64,000 nt of DNA, taken from NCBI GenBank assembly GCA_041391965.1, contig JAWKMZ010000003.1, positions 68,102 through 132,101 of the forward strand, written 5' to 3'. The position numbers and the translations under genes were made by a program. The notes below the pieces were generated by a model. It was not told the DNA's origin. It searched no databases and saw only the letters and a list, made by a program, of their open reading frames with translations. The stretch's first letter is position 1; the number at the start of each line of letters is the position of its first letter. The DNA comes from Gelidibacter sp. (GTDB taxonomy: Bacteria > Bacteroidota > Bacteroidia > Flavobacteriales > Flavobacteriaceae). Positions 17,492 to 27,561 of this stretch are shown here, in pieces.

Positions 17492-20062
17492 ATGGCAGAA
17501 GGAGAAAAATTGATTCCAATTAATATTGAAGATGAAATGAAATCGGCTTACATTGATTATTCAATGTCAGTCATTGTGTCACGTGCTTTACCAGATGTAA
17601 GAGATGGGTTAAAACCAGTTCATAGACGTGTGCTTTATGGCATGCACGAGCTTGGTGTGAGATCTAACACAGCGCACAAAAAATCAGCAAGAATTGTTGG
17701 TGAAGTTTTAGGAAAATACCATCCACATGGTGATACATCGGTTTATGACACGATGGTACGTATGGCTCAAGAATGGAGTTTGCGTTATATGTTGGTAGAT
17801 GGACAAGGTAACTTTGGGTCTATTGATGGTGATAGTCCTGCAGCAATGCGTTATACAGAAGCTCGCATGCGTAAAATATCTGAGGACATGTTGGCAGATA
17901 TTGACAAAGAAACAGTTGACCATAAACTGAATTTTGACGATACATTACAAGAGCCAACAGTATTGCCAACACGTATTCCTGGACTTTTAGTTAATGGAGC
18001 TTCGGGTATTGCGGTTGGTATGGCAACCAATATGCCACCACATAACTTAACTGAAGTTGTTGATGGAATAGTTGCTTATATTGATAATAACGACATAGAA
18101 ATTGATGAGTTAATCACACATGTTAAAGCTCCCGATTTTCCTACTGGAGGCACCATATATGGTTATGATGGCGTTAGAGAAGCCTTTAAAACAGGACGTG
18201 GACGTATAGTTATTAGAGGAAAAGCTAATATAGAAGAAGTTCATGGACGTGAATGTATTATTGTAACTGAAATTCCTTATCAAGTTAACAAAGCAGATAT
18301 GATTAAAAAAACGGCTGATTTAGTTAACGAGAAAAAAATTGATGGAATTTCAACCATTAGAGATGAGTCAGACAGAAATGGCATGCGCATTGTTTACGTT
18401 TTAAAGCGCGACGCTATTCCAAACATTGTATTAAATACTTTATATAAATATACTGCTTTACAATCATCATTTAGTGTTAATAACATTGCATTAGTTAATG
18501 GTCGTCCACAATTGCTGAATCTTAAAGAGATGATTCATCATTTTGTTGAGCATCGTCATGAAGTAGTTGTTAGAAGGACTACTTATGAACTTCGCAAAGC
18601 TGAAGAACGCGCTCATATTTTAGAAGGTTTAATCATTGCTTCAGATCATATTGATGAAGTTATAGCATTAATCAGGGCCTCATCTAATGCTGACGAAGCT
18701 CGTGAAAAATTAATAGAACGCTTCAAACTTTCAGAAATTCAGGCAAAAGCCATTGTTGAAATGCGTTTACGTCAATTAACAGGCTTAGAGCAAGACAAAC
18801 TTCGCTCTGAATATGAAGAGTTAATGATAACTATTGAAGATTTAAAAGACATTCTTGCTAAAAAAGAACGTCGAATGGAAATTATCAAAGACGAATTATT
18901 GGTTGTTAAAGATAAATATGGTGATGAGCGTCGTTCAAACATTGAATATGCTGGAGGCGATTTGAGTATTGAAGACATGATTGCTGACGAACAAGTGGTT
19001 ATAACCATTTCTCATGCTGGATATATTAAACGTACCTCATTGACCGAATACAAGACCCAAAACAGAGGAGGTGTTGGTCAAAAAGCATCTACTACACGTA
19101 ATGAAGACTTCTTAGAGCATTTATTTGTTGGTACCAACCATCAATACATGCTATTCTTTACCCAAAAAGGAAAATGTTTCTGGATGCGTGTGTATGAAAT
19201 TCCTGAAGGCAGCAAAACATCAAAAGGAAGAGCTATTCAAAATCTTATCAATATCGAACAAGATGATAAAGTAAAAGCATTTATCTGTACACAAGATTTA
19301 AAAGATGAAGATTATATCAATAATCATTATGTGATTATGGCAACTAAAAAAGGTCAGGTTAAAAAGACCTCTTTAGAGCAATATTCTCGTCCACGTACTA
19401 ATGGTATCAATGCCATCACTATTAAAGAAGATGACGAATTATTAGAAGCAAAATTAACCACAGGAAATAGCCAAGTGATGTTAGCGTTACGTTCAGGTAA
19501 AGCCATTCGTTTTGAAGAAGCTAAAACAAGACCAATGGGAAGAAGTGCTTCAGGTGTTAGAGGTATCACACTTGCCAATGCTAAAGACGAAGTGATTGGT
19601 ATGATTGCTATTGAAAACCCGCAAGAAGAATCTGTATTAGTTGTTTCTGAAAATGGTTATGGTAAACGTACCTTTATAGACGACCCAGAAGATGGTGAAG
19701 CAGTTTATAGAATTACCAATAGAGGCGGAAAAGGCGTTAAAACCATTTCTATCACTGAAAAAACAGGAACCCTTGTTGCCATAAAATCCGTTAGTGATGA
19801 TGATGATTTGATGATTATCAACAAATCAGGAATTGCTATACGTATGGCTGTTAATAACTTAAGAGTTATGGGACGTGCTACCCAAGGAGTTAAATTAATT
19901 AACCTTAAAGGAAGTGATTCTATCGCTGCAGTAGCAAAAGTGATGAAAGATGATGAAGATGAGATTGAAAACGATGTAATCTTAGACGAATCATCTGAAA
20001 ATCAATCATCTATAGAAGATGGCACAACTCTTGATAACTCAGATGACGAAAACAATAATTAA
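17492..20062 (+). CDS. gyrA: DNA gyrase subunit A
   Basis: 856 aa. QRDR block [20 protein letters not shown], catalytic-Tyr block [11 protein letters not shown]-terminal beta-pinwheel repeats and an acidic tail. Confidence 0.95.
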   Translation: MAEGEKLIPINIEDEMKSAYIDYSMSVIVSRALPDVRDGLKPVHRRVLYGMHELGVRSNTAHKKSARIVGEVLGKYHPHGDTSVYDTMVRMAQEWSLRYMLVDGQGNFGSIDGDSPAAMRYTEARMRKISEDMLADIDKETVDHKLNFDDTLQEPTVLPTRIPGLLVNGASGIAVGMATNMPPHNLTEVVDGIVAYIDNNDIEIDELITHVKAPDFPTGGTIYGYDGVREAFKTGRGRIVIRGKANIEEVHGRECIIVTEIPYQVNKADMIKKTADLVNEKKIDGISTIRDESDRNGMRIVYVLKRDAIPNIVLNTLYKYTALQSSFSVNNIALVNGRPQLLNLKEMIHHFVEHRHEVVVRRTTYELRKAEERAHILEGLIIASDHIDEVIALIRASSNADEAREKLIERFKLSEIQAKAIVEMRLRQLTGLEQDKLRSEYEELMITIEDLKDILAKKERRMEIIKDELLVVKDKYGDERRSNIEYAGGDLSIEDMIADEQVVITISHAGYIKRTSLTEYKTQNRGGVGQKASTTRNEDFLEHLFVGTNHQYMLFFTQKGKCFWMRVYEIPEGSKTSKGRAIQNLINIEQDDKVKAFICTQDLKDEDYINNHYVIMATKKGQVKKTSLEQYSRPRTNGINAITIKEDDELLEAKLTTGNSQVMLALRSGKAIRFEEAKTRPMGRSASGVRGITLANAKDEVIGMIAIENPQEESVLVVSENGYGKRTFIDDPEDGEAVYRITNRGGKGVKTISITEKTGTLVAIKSVSDDDDLMIINKSGIAIRMAVNNLRVMGRATQGVKLINLKGSDSIAAVAKVMKDDEDEIENDVILDESSENQSSIEDGTTLDNSDDENNN

Positions 20063-20087
20063 CATTAACATTCAAAAACAACTAAAA

Positions 20088-21353
20088 ATGAAGAAACAAA
20101 TAATCATAGCTTCGGCACTTTTGGTCAGTACATTTTCATTTGCTCAAAAAGATGAATTAAAAACGGCTGAAAAAGCAATAAAAAATAGCAATTATGCAGA
20201 AGCAAAAACAGCAATTAAAGCTGCCGAACCTTTAATAAGTACTGCAGATGATAAGTTGAAAGCCAAGTTTTATTTCCTTAAAGGTGAAGCACTTTATGCT
20301 AATGGAGCAGGTTCAAGTGTAGATACAGATGCTGCCATAGAAAGTTTAAACATGGTTGAACAAGTAGATAATGGTAAATATGCTGATGATGTTGCAACTT
20401 TAAAACAGTCTATGCTGTCTAATTTTTTAACTAAAGCGAATGCAGCTTTAGAAAATAAAAATTACGCAGTATCTTCAAGTGGTTTTGACAAAGCATATCG
20501 CATGTCAACTAAAGACACTTTGTATCTTTACTATGCAGCAGCTACTGCTGTAAATGGACAAGATTATGATACTGCTTTGAAATACTATGAAAAACTAAAG
20601 GATTTAGGGTATAAAGGTGTTGAAACACAATATATTGCAACTGACAAAGATACAGGAGAAGAAAAAGTTTTTGATTCTAAAAGCACAAGAGATCTTTCTG
20701 TAAGAAGTGGAGCATATATTAGTCCAAAAGATAAAAAAACAGAATCTAAATCTGCTGAAATCGTTAAGAATATTGCGTTGATTTATGTTAGCAAAGGGCA
20801 AAATGACAAAGCGATGGCAGCCATGAAAGATGCCAGAGCAGCCAATCCTGACGATTTGAATTTAATTCTTTCTGAAGCCAATTTGCAATTAAAAGTAGGG
20901 AATAAAGAGGCTTTTAAATCTTTAATTCAAGAAGCGTTAGTAAAAGATCCAAAAAACCCTGAATTATTATTCAACTTAGGAATTGTTGCCGCAGAAGCTG
21001 GCGATGTGGATGCAGCCAAATCTTATTACAATCAAGCGTTGGCTTTAAAACCAGACTATGCTGATGTTAATAACAACATGGCTGTTTTGATTTTAGGAGG
21101 TGAACAAAAAATTATTGATGAGATGAATTCTTTAGGAACTTCAGCAGCAGATAATAAAAAATATGATGAGTTGAGAGACTCAATTAATCAATTATATAGA
21201 GAGGCTATTCCTTATTTGCAATCAACAATTAACTTAAGACCAAATGACCTTCAAGCTGCAAAAACGTTGATGAATATTTATAGCTCTTTAGGTGAAACAG
21301 CAAAATTTAAAGAAATGAAAGCGAAAGTGGAAGCTATTGAAGCTGGAAACTAA
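20088..21353 (+). CDS. Secreted tetratricopeptide (TPR) repeat protein
   Basis: Start moved to MKKQIIIASALLVSTFSFAQ (ATG 20088; signal peptide); the ORF-track start at 20019 overlaps the gyrA tail. Multiple TPR-like A/Y/L heptad patterns (e.g. AKSYYNQALALKPDYADVNNNMA). Confidence 0.8.
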   Translation: MKKQIIIASALLVSTFSFAQKDELKTAEKAIKNSNYAEAKTAIKAAEPLISTADDKLKAKFYFLKGEALYANGAGSSVDTDAAIESLNMVEQVDNGKYADDVATLKQSMLSNFLTKANAALENKNYAVSSSGFDKAYRMSTKDTLYLYYAAATAVNGQDYDTALKYYEKLKDLGYKGVETQYIATDKDTGEEKVFDSKSTRDLSVRSGAYISPKDKKTESKSAEIVKNIALIYVSKGQNDKAMAAMKDARAANPDDLNLILSEANLQLKVGNKEAFKSLIQEALVKDPKNPELLFNLGIVAAEAGDVDAAKSYYNQALALKPDYADVNNNMAVLILGGEQKIIDEMNSLGTSAADNKKYDELRDSINQLYREAIPYLQSTINLRPNDLQAAKTLMNIYSSLGETAKFKEMKAKVEAIEAGN

Positions 21354-21371
21354 TACTTTATTATTAAGCAT

Positions 21372-21408
21372 AAAAAAAAAGCTACTCATTTTGAGTAGCT
21401 TTTTTTTA
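21372..21408. terminator. Bidirectional intrinsic terminator between the TPR gene and the C40 peptidase gene
   Basis: A9 - agctactca ttt tgagtagct - T8. The stop codon of the minus-strand gene lies in the T-run. Confidence 0.85.
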
Positions 21409-22155
21409 TATAATCTTTTTGATAACTCTTAATTTATGTGTGTGTAGTTTTCGTTCTACATTATATATTCCAGAATGATCTAATCTGTCAATACGCACTT
21501 TGCCATGTGCATGTATAATATAATTATCTTCCATGATAATACCAACATGTGTAATTTTTCCTTCGGCATTATCAAAAAAAGCCAAATCACCAGGTTCACT
21601 TTCTTCAATAAAACTCAATGCTTCACCTTGAGTTGCTTGTTGTGACGCATCACGTAATAATTTATAACCATTAAGTTTGTAAACCATTTGTGTAAGTCCA
21701 GAACAGTCAATACCAAAAGGTGTTTTTCCGCCCCAAAGATAAGGAGCGTTTAAGTAATTAAAAGCTGTTTGTATGATATTTGATTTTGGCTGAACAGAAC
21801 TAATACTGTTTCCATCATACGAATGCTGCAAAATTTGCAACCCATTTAAGGTAGAACCCAGCGGAATAGTAAGCAACCCATTAGTTTCATCTTGTACAAA
21901 CTCAACTAAATCAGTTGATAGTTTTAATGGTATATGCTTTAATGATTTATAATGGTCTTCTGTAATTTCTTTATACTGCTTATTATCAATCCAACCTTCA
22001 TATTTGTCAAATGCTAACCTAATTTTACTCCAGTTTTTGCGTTGCTCTATAACTTTAAAAAAATCACCATACAATACTTGAGAAATTAATTCGCAAGTAT
22101 CATCAGGTTCAAGTCTTAAAGGGACAATGCTTAAATTACAGATTCCGTATTGCAT
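21406..22155 (-). CDS. C40 (NlpC/P60) family peptidoglycan peptidase with N-terminal SH3-like domains
   Basis: 249 aa. Catalytic block GGKTPFGIDCSGLTQMVY and downstream ITHVGIIMEDNYIIHA (Cys/His core of NlpC/P60). Confidence 0.85.
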   Translation of the reverse strand: MQYGICNLSIVPLRLEPDDTCELISQVLYGDFFKVIEQRKNWSKIRLAFDKYEGWIDNKQYKEITEDHYKSLKHIPLKLSTDLVEFVQDETNGLLTIPLGSTLNGLQILQHSYDGNSISSVQPKSNIIQTAFNYLNAPYLWGGKTPFGIDCSGLTQMVYKLNGYKLLRDASQQATQGEALSFIEESEPGDLAFFDNAEGKITHVGIIMEDNYIIHAHGKVRIDRLDHSGIYNVERKLHTHKLRVIKKII

Positions 22156-22279
22156 ACAAATATATATGTCTATTGATTATTTTTAATTTATAGTTTATGA
22201 GTAATCAAAACAGAATCTAAAATAAAGAAAGTATATTTTGGCTTATAGGTCATCAAATAAAAAATAGAAATACTAAATA

Positions 22280-23458
22280 TTAGTTGCGTTCAATAACAAT
22301 TGCTGAGGCACCACCACCACCATTACAAATGGCTGCTGCTCCAATTTTGGCATTGTTTTGTTCTAAAACATTAAGGAGCGTAATAATAATTCTCACACCT
22401 GAACATCCTAAAGGATGACCTAAAGAGACAGCTCCGCCATTAACATTGACGTTACTATCACTAAGTCCTAAAATTTTCATATTGGCTAAACCAACAACTG
22501 AAAATGCTTCATTAAATTCAAAATAATCAACATCATTGATAGAAATTTTTGCTTTATCTAAAGCTTTTGGTAAGGCTTTAGCAGGAGCTGTTGTAAACCA
22601 CTGAGGTTCATGCGCTGCATCAGCATAACTTTTAATAGTTGCTAAAACTTTTAAACCCAACTCATTAGCTTTTTCTTTGCTCATCAACACCATAGCGCCA
22701 GCGCCATCATTAATTGTGGAGGCATTTGCAGCAGTTACGGTTCCATCTTTTGTAAAAGCAGGACGTAATGACGGAATTTTATCCATCATTACATTGGTAA
22801 ACTCTTCATCTTTAGTAATAATCAAAGCATCACCGCGACGTTGTGGTACTTCAACAGGAACCACTTCATTATCAAATTTTCCAGCGTCCCAAGCAGCAGC
22901 CGAACGTTTATAAGATTGAATTGCAAAAGCATCTTGGTCTTCTCGTGAAAAATGATATTCCTTAGCACAAGCATCAGCGCAAACACCCATTGCATTTTGG
23001 TCATAAGCATCAACTAAACCATCACGCTGCATCCCATCTTCTAATGTAGCAGGACCAAATTTTGTAGCTGAACGTGCATGGTAATAGTGCGGAATTAAAC
23101 TCATATTCTCCATACCACCAGCAACAATAATTTCTGCGTCACCAAGTGTAATTGCTTGTGCAGCTTGCATAACCGCTTTCATCCCAGAAGCACATACTTT
23201 ATTAACTGTTGTACAAGGTACTGTATTTGGAATACCTGCATAAATCGCAGCTTGACGTGCTGGTGCTTGTCCAGTTCCAGCTTGTACCACATTGCCCATA
23301 ATGACTTCTTGCACTAACTCTGGTTTTAGATTGATTTTATCTAAAGCACCTTTGATAGCAATAGCGCCTAATTTTGGTGCAGGAATTGTAGATAAAGCTC
23401 CTAAAAAGCTGCCAATTGGTGTTCTTGCTGCGGATACAATTACGACTTCTTTACTCAT
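22280..23458 (-). CDS. Acetyl-CoA C-acetyltransferase (thiolase II)
   Basis: 392 aa. Active-site Cys block NKVCASGMKAV, plus C-terminal GHPLGCSG and CNGGGGASA thiolase signatures. Confidence 0.9.
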   Translation of the reverse strand: MSKEVVIVSAARTPIGSFLGALSTIPAPKLGAIAIKGALDKINLKPELVQEVIMGNVVQAGTGQAPARQAAIYAGIPNTVPCTTVNKVCASGMKAVMQAAQAITLGDAEIIVAGGMENMSLIPHYYHARSATKFGPATLEDGMQRDGLVDAYDQNAMGVCADACAKEYHFSREDQDAFAIQSYKRSAAAWDAGKFDNEVVPVEVPQRRGDALIITKDEEFTNVMMDKIPSLRPAFTKDGTVTAANASTINDGAGAMVLMSKEKANELGLKVLATIKSYADAAHEPQWFTTAPAKALPKALDKAKISINDVDYFEFNEAFSVVGLANMKILGLSDSNVNVNGGAVSLGHPLGCSGVRIIITLLNVLEQNNAKIGAAAICNGGGGASAIVIERN

Positions 23459-23587
23459 TTTATATACGTTTGATTATAATTGGTGCAAAATTAATCAATT
23501 TTTAATAAATTTTAGAATGAAAGCCAACTATAAACCCAAAAACTCTTTTATATTTTATTACTTTTGATAGTCTATTGAAACATCTAA

Positions 23588-25633
23588 ATGAAGCATTTTA
23601 TAAACAAATGGTATAAAAACCATGCACTTATCTACAAAATTCTTTTGTTTTTAAGTACCACTTTTCTGATTGTCTATCTTTTTCCAAAAAGTGGAAAATT
23701 CAAATATAGTTTTGACAAAGGAAAACCATGGCAATCTGAAAACTTATATGCGCCATTTGATTTTGCAATACAAAAATCAGCTGATGAAATTGCTCAAGAA
23801 AAGGATGCTATAACAAAAAATAGCACTGTGTATTTTGAGTTAAACAAGTCAATTAAACCTTTGGTTTTTGAAGCATATGATACTAAATTTAATAGCATTT
23901 TTGTCGATTCATTAACCAGAAATAAAGCACAACTTTATACTATTGGAAAAACGATTTTAAATCGCATTTATGCGTATGGTGTTTTAGATGAAAATTACGA
24001 TTATCCTGATGATAGAACAGCGGTTATATTGGAGGATCAAACAAAAAAGGCAACTACCACTTTTGTAGAACTTACAAAGATGGACGCATTTAGACCTCTT
24101 TTAGAACAAGCTTTAGACGCTAAAAACTTTTCAAATTATAAACCAGCATTTGTTTCGATATTTTTTGACATTGTTAAGCCCAACCTCAGTTTAAATACAT
24201 CGTTAACTCAAAATGCACTACAAGAACAATTTGATAAAATATCACCACTTAGAGGAAGCATAGATAAGGAAACGCTTATCATTTCTAAAGGCGAAATTGT
24301 AGAAGGTCATAAATATGATGTTTTAAAATCATTAGAAGCAGAATATGAAAATCAAGTTTGGAGCGCTTCTACCTATAATTGGATTGTGTTTTCTTATGCG
24401 TTGTTGGTGGCATTAACGCTGTTGATGTTGCTTCTTTTTTTAAGAAAATATAGGAATGAAGTGTTTTTAGACAATACTAAAGTCACATTTATCTTTTTTA
24501 ATATACTGTTGATGGTATTGCTAACGACTTTAATCATTAATTACAATTCCAAATATGTTTATGTGGTACCTTTATGTGTGCTCCCTTTAGTTTTAAAAGC
24601 TTTTTTTGATGCCAGATTAGGACTTTTTACGCATGTACTTACTGTTTTGTTATTAGGATTTATTGTACCCAACAGCTATGAATACATGTTTTTGCAAATA
24701 ATTGCAGGTATAGTCACCATATTGACCGTTTCAGAATTGTATAAACGTGCTAATTTATTTATTTCTGTTGGACAAATTACACTGATTTATATTATAGCGT
24801 ATTTTGCTTTTTTTGTGATTCATGAAGGAAATATCTACACGCTCAAAATAGAAACATTCGGGCTCTTTATTTTGTGTGGTCTTGCTACTTTGTTTGTACA
24901 GCCTTTAATTTATATTTATGAAAAATTATTTGGTTTGGTTTCAGATGTATCACTTTTAGAGCTATCAGATACAAATACAAAACTTTTAAAAGAATTATCC
25001 AACAAAGCACCAGGCACATTTCATCATTCGTTAAACGTTGCCAATTTAGCAGAAGCCTCAGCCAACGAAATTGGAGCAAATGCTATGTTGGTTAGGGTAG
25101 GAGCGTTATATCATGATATTGGAAAGATGAAAAATCCAACCTATTTTACTGAAAATCAATCTACAGGAATCAATCCTCATGACGAGTTATCATCTCAAGA
25201 AAGCACCAAAATTATCATCAACCATGTTATTGATGGCGTTGAAATTGCTAAAAAAAATAATTTACCAGATAGAGTGATTGATTTTATAAGGACGCATCAT
25301 GGCACCAGTTTAGTTTACTATTTCTTTATGAAAGAAAAGGAATATGATGATAGCTTAAGTGATGAAGATTTTAGGTATCCAGGACCAAGACCTTATAGTA
25401 AAGAAACTGCAATTTTGATGATGTGTGATAGTGTAGAGGCTGCTTCAAAAAGTTTAAAAGAACCTTCATCTACAAAAATTGACCATTTTGTTGAAAATAT
25501 TATTAATAAGCAATTGGAAGATGGACAGTTCTTAAATGCCAATATCACTTTTAAAGAAATAGAATCTATTAAGAAAGTTCTTAAAAATAAACTGGCTAAC
25601 ATCTTTCATCTCAGGATAGAATACCCAGAATAA
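23588..25633 (+). CDS. 7TM receptor with intracellular HD/HDIG phosphohydrolase domain (PgpH-like family)
   Basis: 681 aa. N-terminal extracytoplasmic domain, about 7 hydrophobic helices (aa ~265-450), C-terminal HD domain with HHSLNVANL and LYHDIGKMKNP. Confidence 0.85.
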   Translation: MKHFINKWYKNHALIYKILLFLSTTFLIVYLFPKSGKFKYSFDKGKPWQSENLYAPFDFAIQKSADEIAQEKDAITKNSTVYFELNKSIKPLVFEAYDTKFNSIFVDSLTRNKAQLYTIGKTILNRIYAYGVLDENYDYPDDRTAVILEDQTKKATTTFVELTKMDAFRPLLEQALDAKNFSNYKPAFVSIFFDIVKPNLSLNTSLTQNALQEQFDKISPLRGSIDKETLIISKGEIVEGHKYDVLKSLEAEYENQVWSASTYNWIVFSYALLVALTLLMLLLFLRKYRNEVFLDNTKVTFIFFNILLMVLLTTLIINYNSKYVYVVPLCVLPLVLKAFFDARLGLFTHVLTVLLLGFIVPNSYEYMFLQIIAGIVTILTVSELYKRANLFISVGQITLIYIIAYFAFFVIHEGNIYTLKIETFGLFILCGLATLFVQPLIYIYEKLFGLVSDVSLLELSDTNTKLLKELSNKAPGTFHHSLNVANLAEASANEIGANAMLVRVGALYHDIGKMKNPTYFTENQSTGINPHDELSSQESTKIIINHVIDGVEIAKKNNLPDRVIDFIRTHHGTSLVYYFFMKEKEYDDSLSDEDFRYPGPRPYSKETAILMMCDSVEAASKSLKEPSSTKIDHFVENIINKQLEDGQFLNANITFKEIESIKKVLKNKLANIFHLRIEYPE

Positions 25634-25730
25634 AAATATTCGAATAAAAAATTAAAAAAATAGTTGTGTTCTTTGTAATGAAAACTTACATTTGCATCCG
25701 CATTTTAAGAGAAGTTCTTTAAATAATTTA

Positions 25731-25814
25731 GGAGAGGTGCCAGAGTGGTAATGGAGCAGATTGCTAATCTGTCGACGGGAAACTGTCGCCAGGGTTCGAG
25801 TCCCTGTCTCTCCG
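25731..25814 (+). tRNA. tRNA-Ser (anticodon GCT)
   Basis: Folded by hand. Acceptor GGAGAGG/TCTCTCC. Anticodon stem caga/tctg with loop TTGCTAA. Long variable arm (gtcgacgggaaactgtcgcc). T-arm caggg-TTCGAGT-ccctg. No encoded CCA. Confidence 0.9.
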
Positions 25815-25833
25815 CAAAATTTGATGACCATTT

Positions 25834-25908
25834 CGGGGTGTAGCGTAGCCCGGTTATCGCGCCGCGTTTGGGACGCGGAGGTCGCAGGTTCGAATCCTGC
25901 CACCCCGA
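25834..25908 (+). tRNA. tRNA-Pro (anticodon TGG)
   Basis: Acceptor CGGGGTG/CACCCCG. Anticodon stem ccgcg/cgcgg with loop TTTGGGA. T-arm gcagg-TTCGAAT-cctgc. Confidence 0.9.
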
Positions 25909-25958
25909 CAAAGACTATCTTTTTGATATTTTTACATTCAGAACACAAGTTCTTGAAT

Positions 25959-26032
25959 GGGCTCGTAGCTCAGCTGGATAGAGCACCTCCCTTCTAAGGA
26001 GGCGGTCATAGGTTCGAATCCTATCGGGCTCA
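25959..26032 (+). tRNA. tRNA-Arg (anticodon TCT)
   Basis: Acceptor GGGCTCG/CGGGCTC (two G-U pairs). D-arm AGCTCAGCTGGATAGAGC. Anticodon stem cctcc/ggagg with loop CTTCTAA. T-arm atagg-TTCGAAT-cctat. Confidence 0.9.
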
Positions 26033-26040
26033 CTGTTTTA

Positions 26041-26068
26041 AACCTTGTATAACCATACAAGGTTTTTT
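26041..26068 (+). terminator. Intrinsic terminator after the tRNA cluster
   Basis: aaccttgtat-aacc-atacaaggtt: 10-bp perfect stem followed by a T-run. Confidence 0.85.
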
Positions 26069-26097
26069 GCTTTTTATAAGATTTTGAATTTCAAATT

Positions 26098-26769
26098 TTA
26101 TTTTGAATTGACACGAAAATACGACTGAAGTTTTGCATAATGGATTTCTTCAAAACGCTTAATCACTTTGTTTGCCTTACTGTAATCTTGATTTATAGAG
26201 TTTTGGCTTTTAAACCCAATGCAATAAATACCTGCTGCTTTGGCTGCTTCAATACCATTGGTAGAGTCTTCAATAACAATGCACTTATGTTTATCAAAAC
26301 CAGAAGCTTTTGCAGCATTGATAAAAATTTCAGGATGTGGTTTAGATGCTTTTAAATCAGCACCACTTAATTTTGCTTTAAAATAGGAGTTCAAATTAAA
26401 ACGTTCAAAAATTTGATTGATATTGGACATAGAAGCTGAAGAGGCGAGCACTAAAGTAAGTCCATTGTTGTGATAGTTTGTGATAAGGTCTAAAACACCT
26501 TCAATAAGTTGAAGTTCTGTATCATGTTCAAACAAAAACTTAAAATGGTCGCGTTTAATATCAACCAAAGTTTGAGGTGCTAATCTTAAGTTATATTTTT
26601 TACATAAAAACTCACAAATAGCATAGGTAGATTGCCCTGTAAATGTTTTGTAAAGCGTATTAGGAACTTTAATATTAACATCATCAAACATTTTATGATA
26701 GGCTTTGTGGTGTAAAGGCTCTGTATCAACAATAACACCATCCATATCAAAAATAACTGCTTTAATCAT
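26098..26769 (-). CDS. HAD-superfamily hydrolase (beta-phosphoglucomutase-like subfamily IA)
   Basis: 223 aa. Motif I FDMDGVIVDTEP, motif III K (SKPHPEIF), motif IV EDSTNGIEAAKAAG. Confidence 0.85.
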   Translation of the reverse strand: MIKAVIFDMDGVIVDTEPLHHKAYHKMFDDVNIKVPNTLYKTFTGQSTYAICEFLCKKYNLRLAPQTLVDIKRDHFKFLFEHDTELQLIEGVLDLITNYHNNGLTLVLASSASMSNINQIFERFNLNSYFKAKLSGADLKASKPHPEIFINAAKASGFDKHKCIVIEDSTNGIEAAKAAGIYCIGFKSQNSINQDYSKANKVIKRFEEIHYAKLQSYFRVNSK

Positions 26770-27044
26770 GTTTTCTCTATTTTTGCGAATATACTTAAAA
26801 AAGCAGTTTTGAATGCCTCTTTTTATAGTAATAAGTTGATTTTAAGCGATTCTATCGTTATTTGTTTTTATAAGATATTAAAATTCAGCCAATTAACCTT
26901 GTCGTTAAAATGTTATAATTTGTAAGATATTTCATATTTAACACTTTTAATCGAATAAAATATACATTTTATCGAATTTTTATTGTGATAATCAAATTTT
27001 ATGTTCTACATTTGACATATAATTTCATTTAAACCCAAATCAAA

Positions 27045-27476
27045 ATGAAAACCAACCTACTATCTCGCATTGCGTGTGCAATGCTATTATTTTCTGCGTT
27101 CAATTGTTCTGTAGAACCTGTCGAACAAATACAATCTATTTCAAATAGTATTAATGCAGTTGTATCAATCAATGATGAAACCAATCCGCCTTGTACTGGT
27201 TTAGATCCAAAAGTTAGAATTACTAATAATGGAACTTTAATTATAGATTTAGAGATTTATAATGATGAAGGAGCATTTATCAATTCTGAAATAGGAATTG
27301 CTCCAGGCTCAGTTTCTGATTGGATGACTTTTACTGAAGGCACCACCTTATTTGTTGTTAGAAGTACCAATGTGTATGGTGAAAAAGCGCAGTACATAAT
27401 GAGCAATTGTACAGCTTTAAATATGGAATTGGGTGCAGACAACCATTTAGTAGCTGTAGAGCCTGAAACCCTTTAA
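27045..27476 (+). CDS. Hypothetical small secreted protein or lipoprotein (143 aa)
   Basis: N-terminal signal peptide ending ...LLFSAFNC. No recognisable catalytic motif. Confidence 0.5.
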   Translation: MKTNLLSRIACAMLLFSAFNCSVEPVEQIQSISNSINAVVSINDETNPPCTGLDPKVRITNNGTLIIDLEIYNDEGAFINSEIGIAPGSVSDWMTFTEGTTLFVVRSTNVYGEKAQYIMSNCTALNMELGADNHLVAVEPETL

Positions 27477-27525
27477 TATATTGAATAGTTAGTATTATTA
27501 TATATTAATTAATACCGCTAAATAA

Positions 27526-27556
27526 AAACAACTCTAATTTTAGGGTTGTTTTTTTG
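27526..27556. terminator. Hairpin terminator between convergent genes (27045-27476 and the TonB-dependent receptor)
   Basis: aaacaactcta-attt-tagggttgttt: 11-bp stem with one G-U, followed by a T-run. Confidence 0.75.
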
Positions 27557-27561
27557 CTTTT

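Noticed and set aside
17732-17749. Checked the gyrA quinolone-resistance-determining region for resistance substitutions
   Set aside because: The sequence reads D-T-S-V-Y-D ([10 protein letters not shown]). As far as I recall, Thr at the E. coli Ser83-equivalent position is the wild-type state in flavobacteria, so nothing suggests a resistance allele. This cannot be confirmed without an alignment.
20019-20087. Extension of the TPR protein ORF into the gyrA 3' end
   Set aside because: It is an out-of-frame overlap with gyrA. The internal Met at 20088 starts a clean signal peptide (MKKQIIIASALLVSTFSFAQ).
25652-25997. Three ORF-track ORFs (25652..25948 -, 25705..25911 -, 25761..25997 +)
   Set aside because: They overlap the three hand-folded tRNA genes. 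Their G+C-rich, stop-free stretches are the tRNA sequences themselves.
25731-27044. tRNA cluster as an integration site for a genomic island covering 27-36 kb
   Set aside because: No integrase, excisionase or transposase gene is present, and I could not spot a direct repeat of any tRNA 3' end at the far border (~36.3 kb). A HAD hydrolase gene also lies between the tRNAs and the block. I kept this only as a weak composition and context observation.
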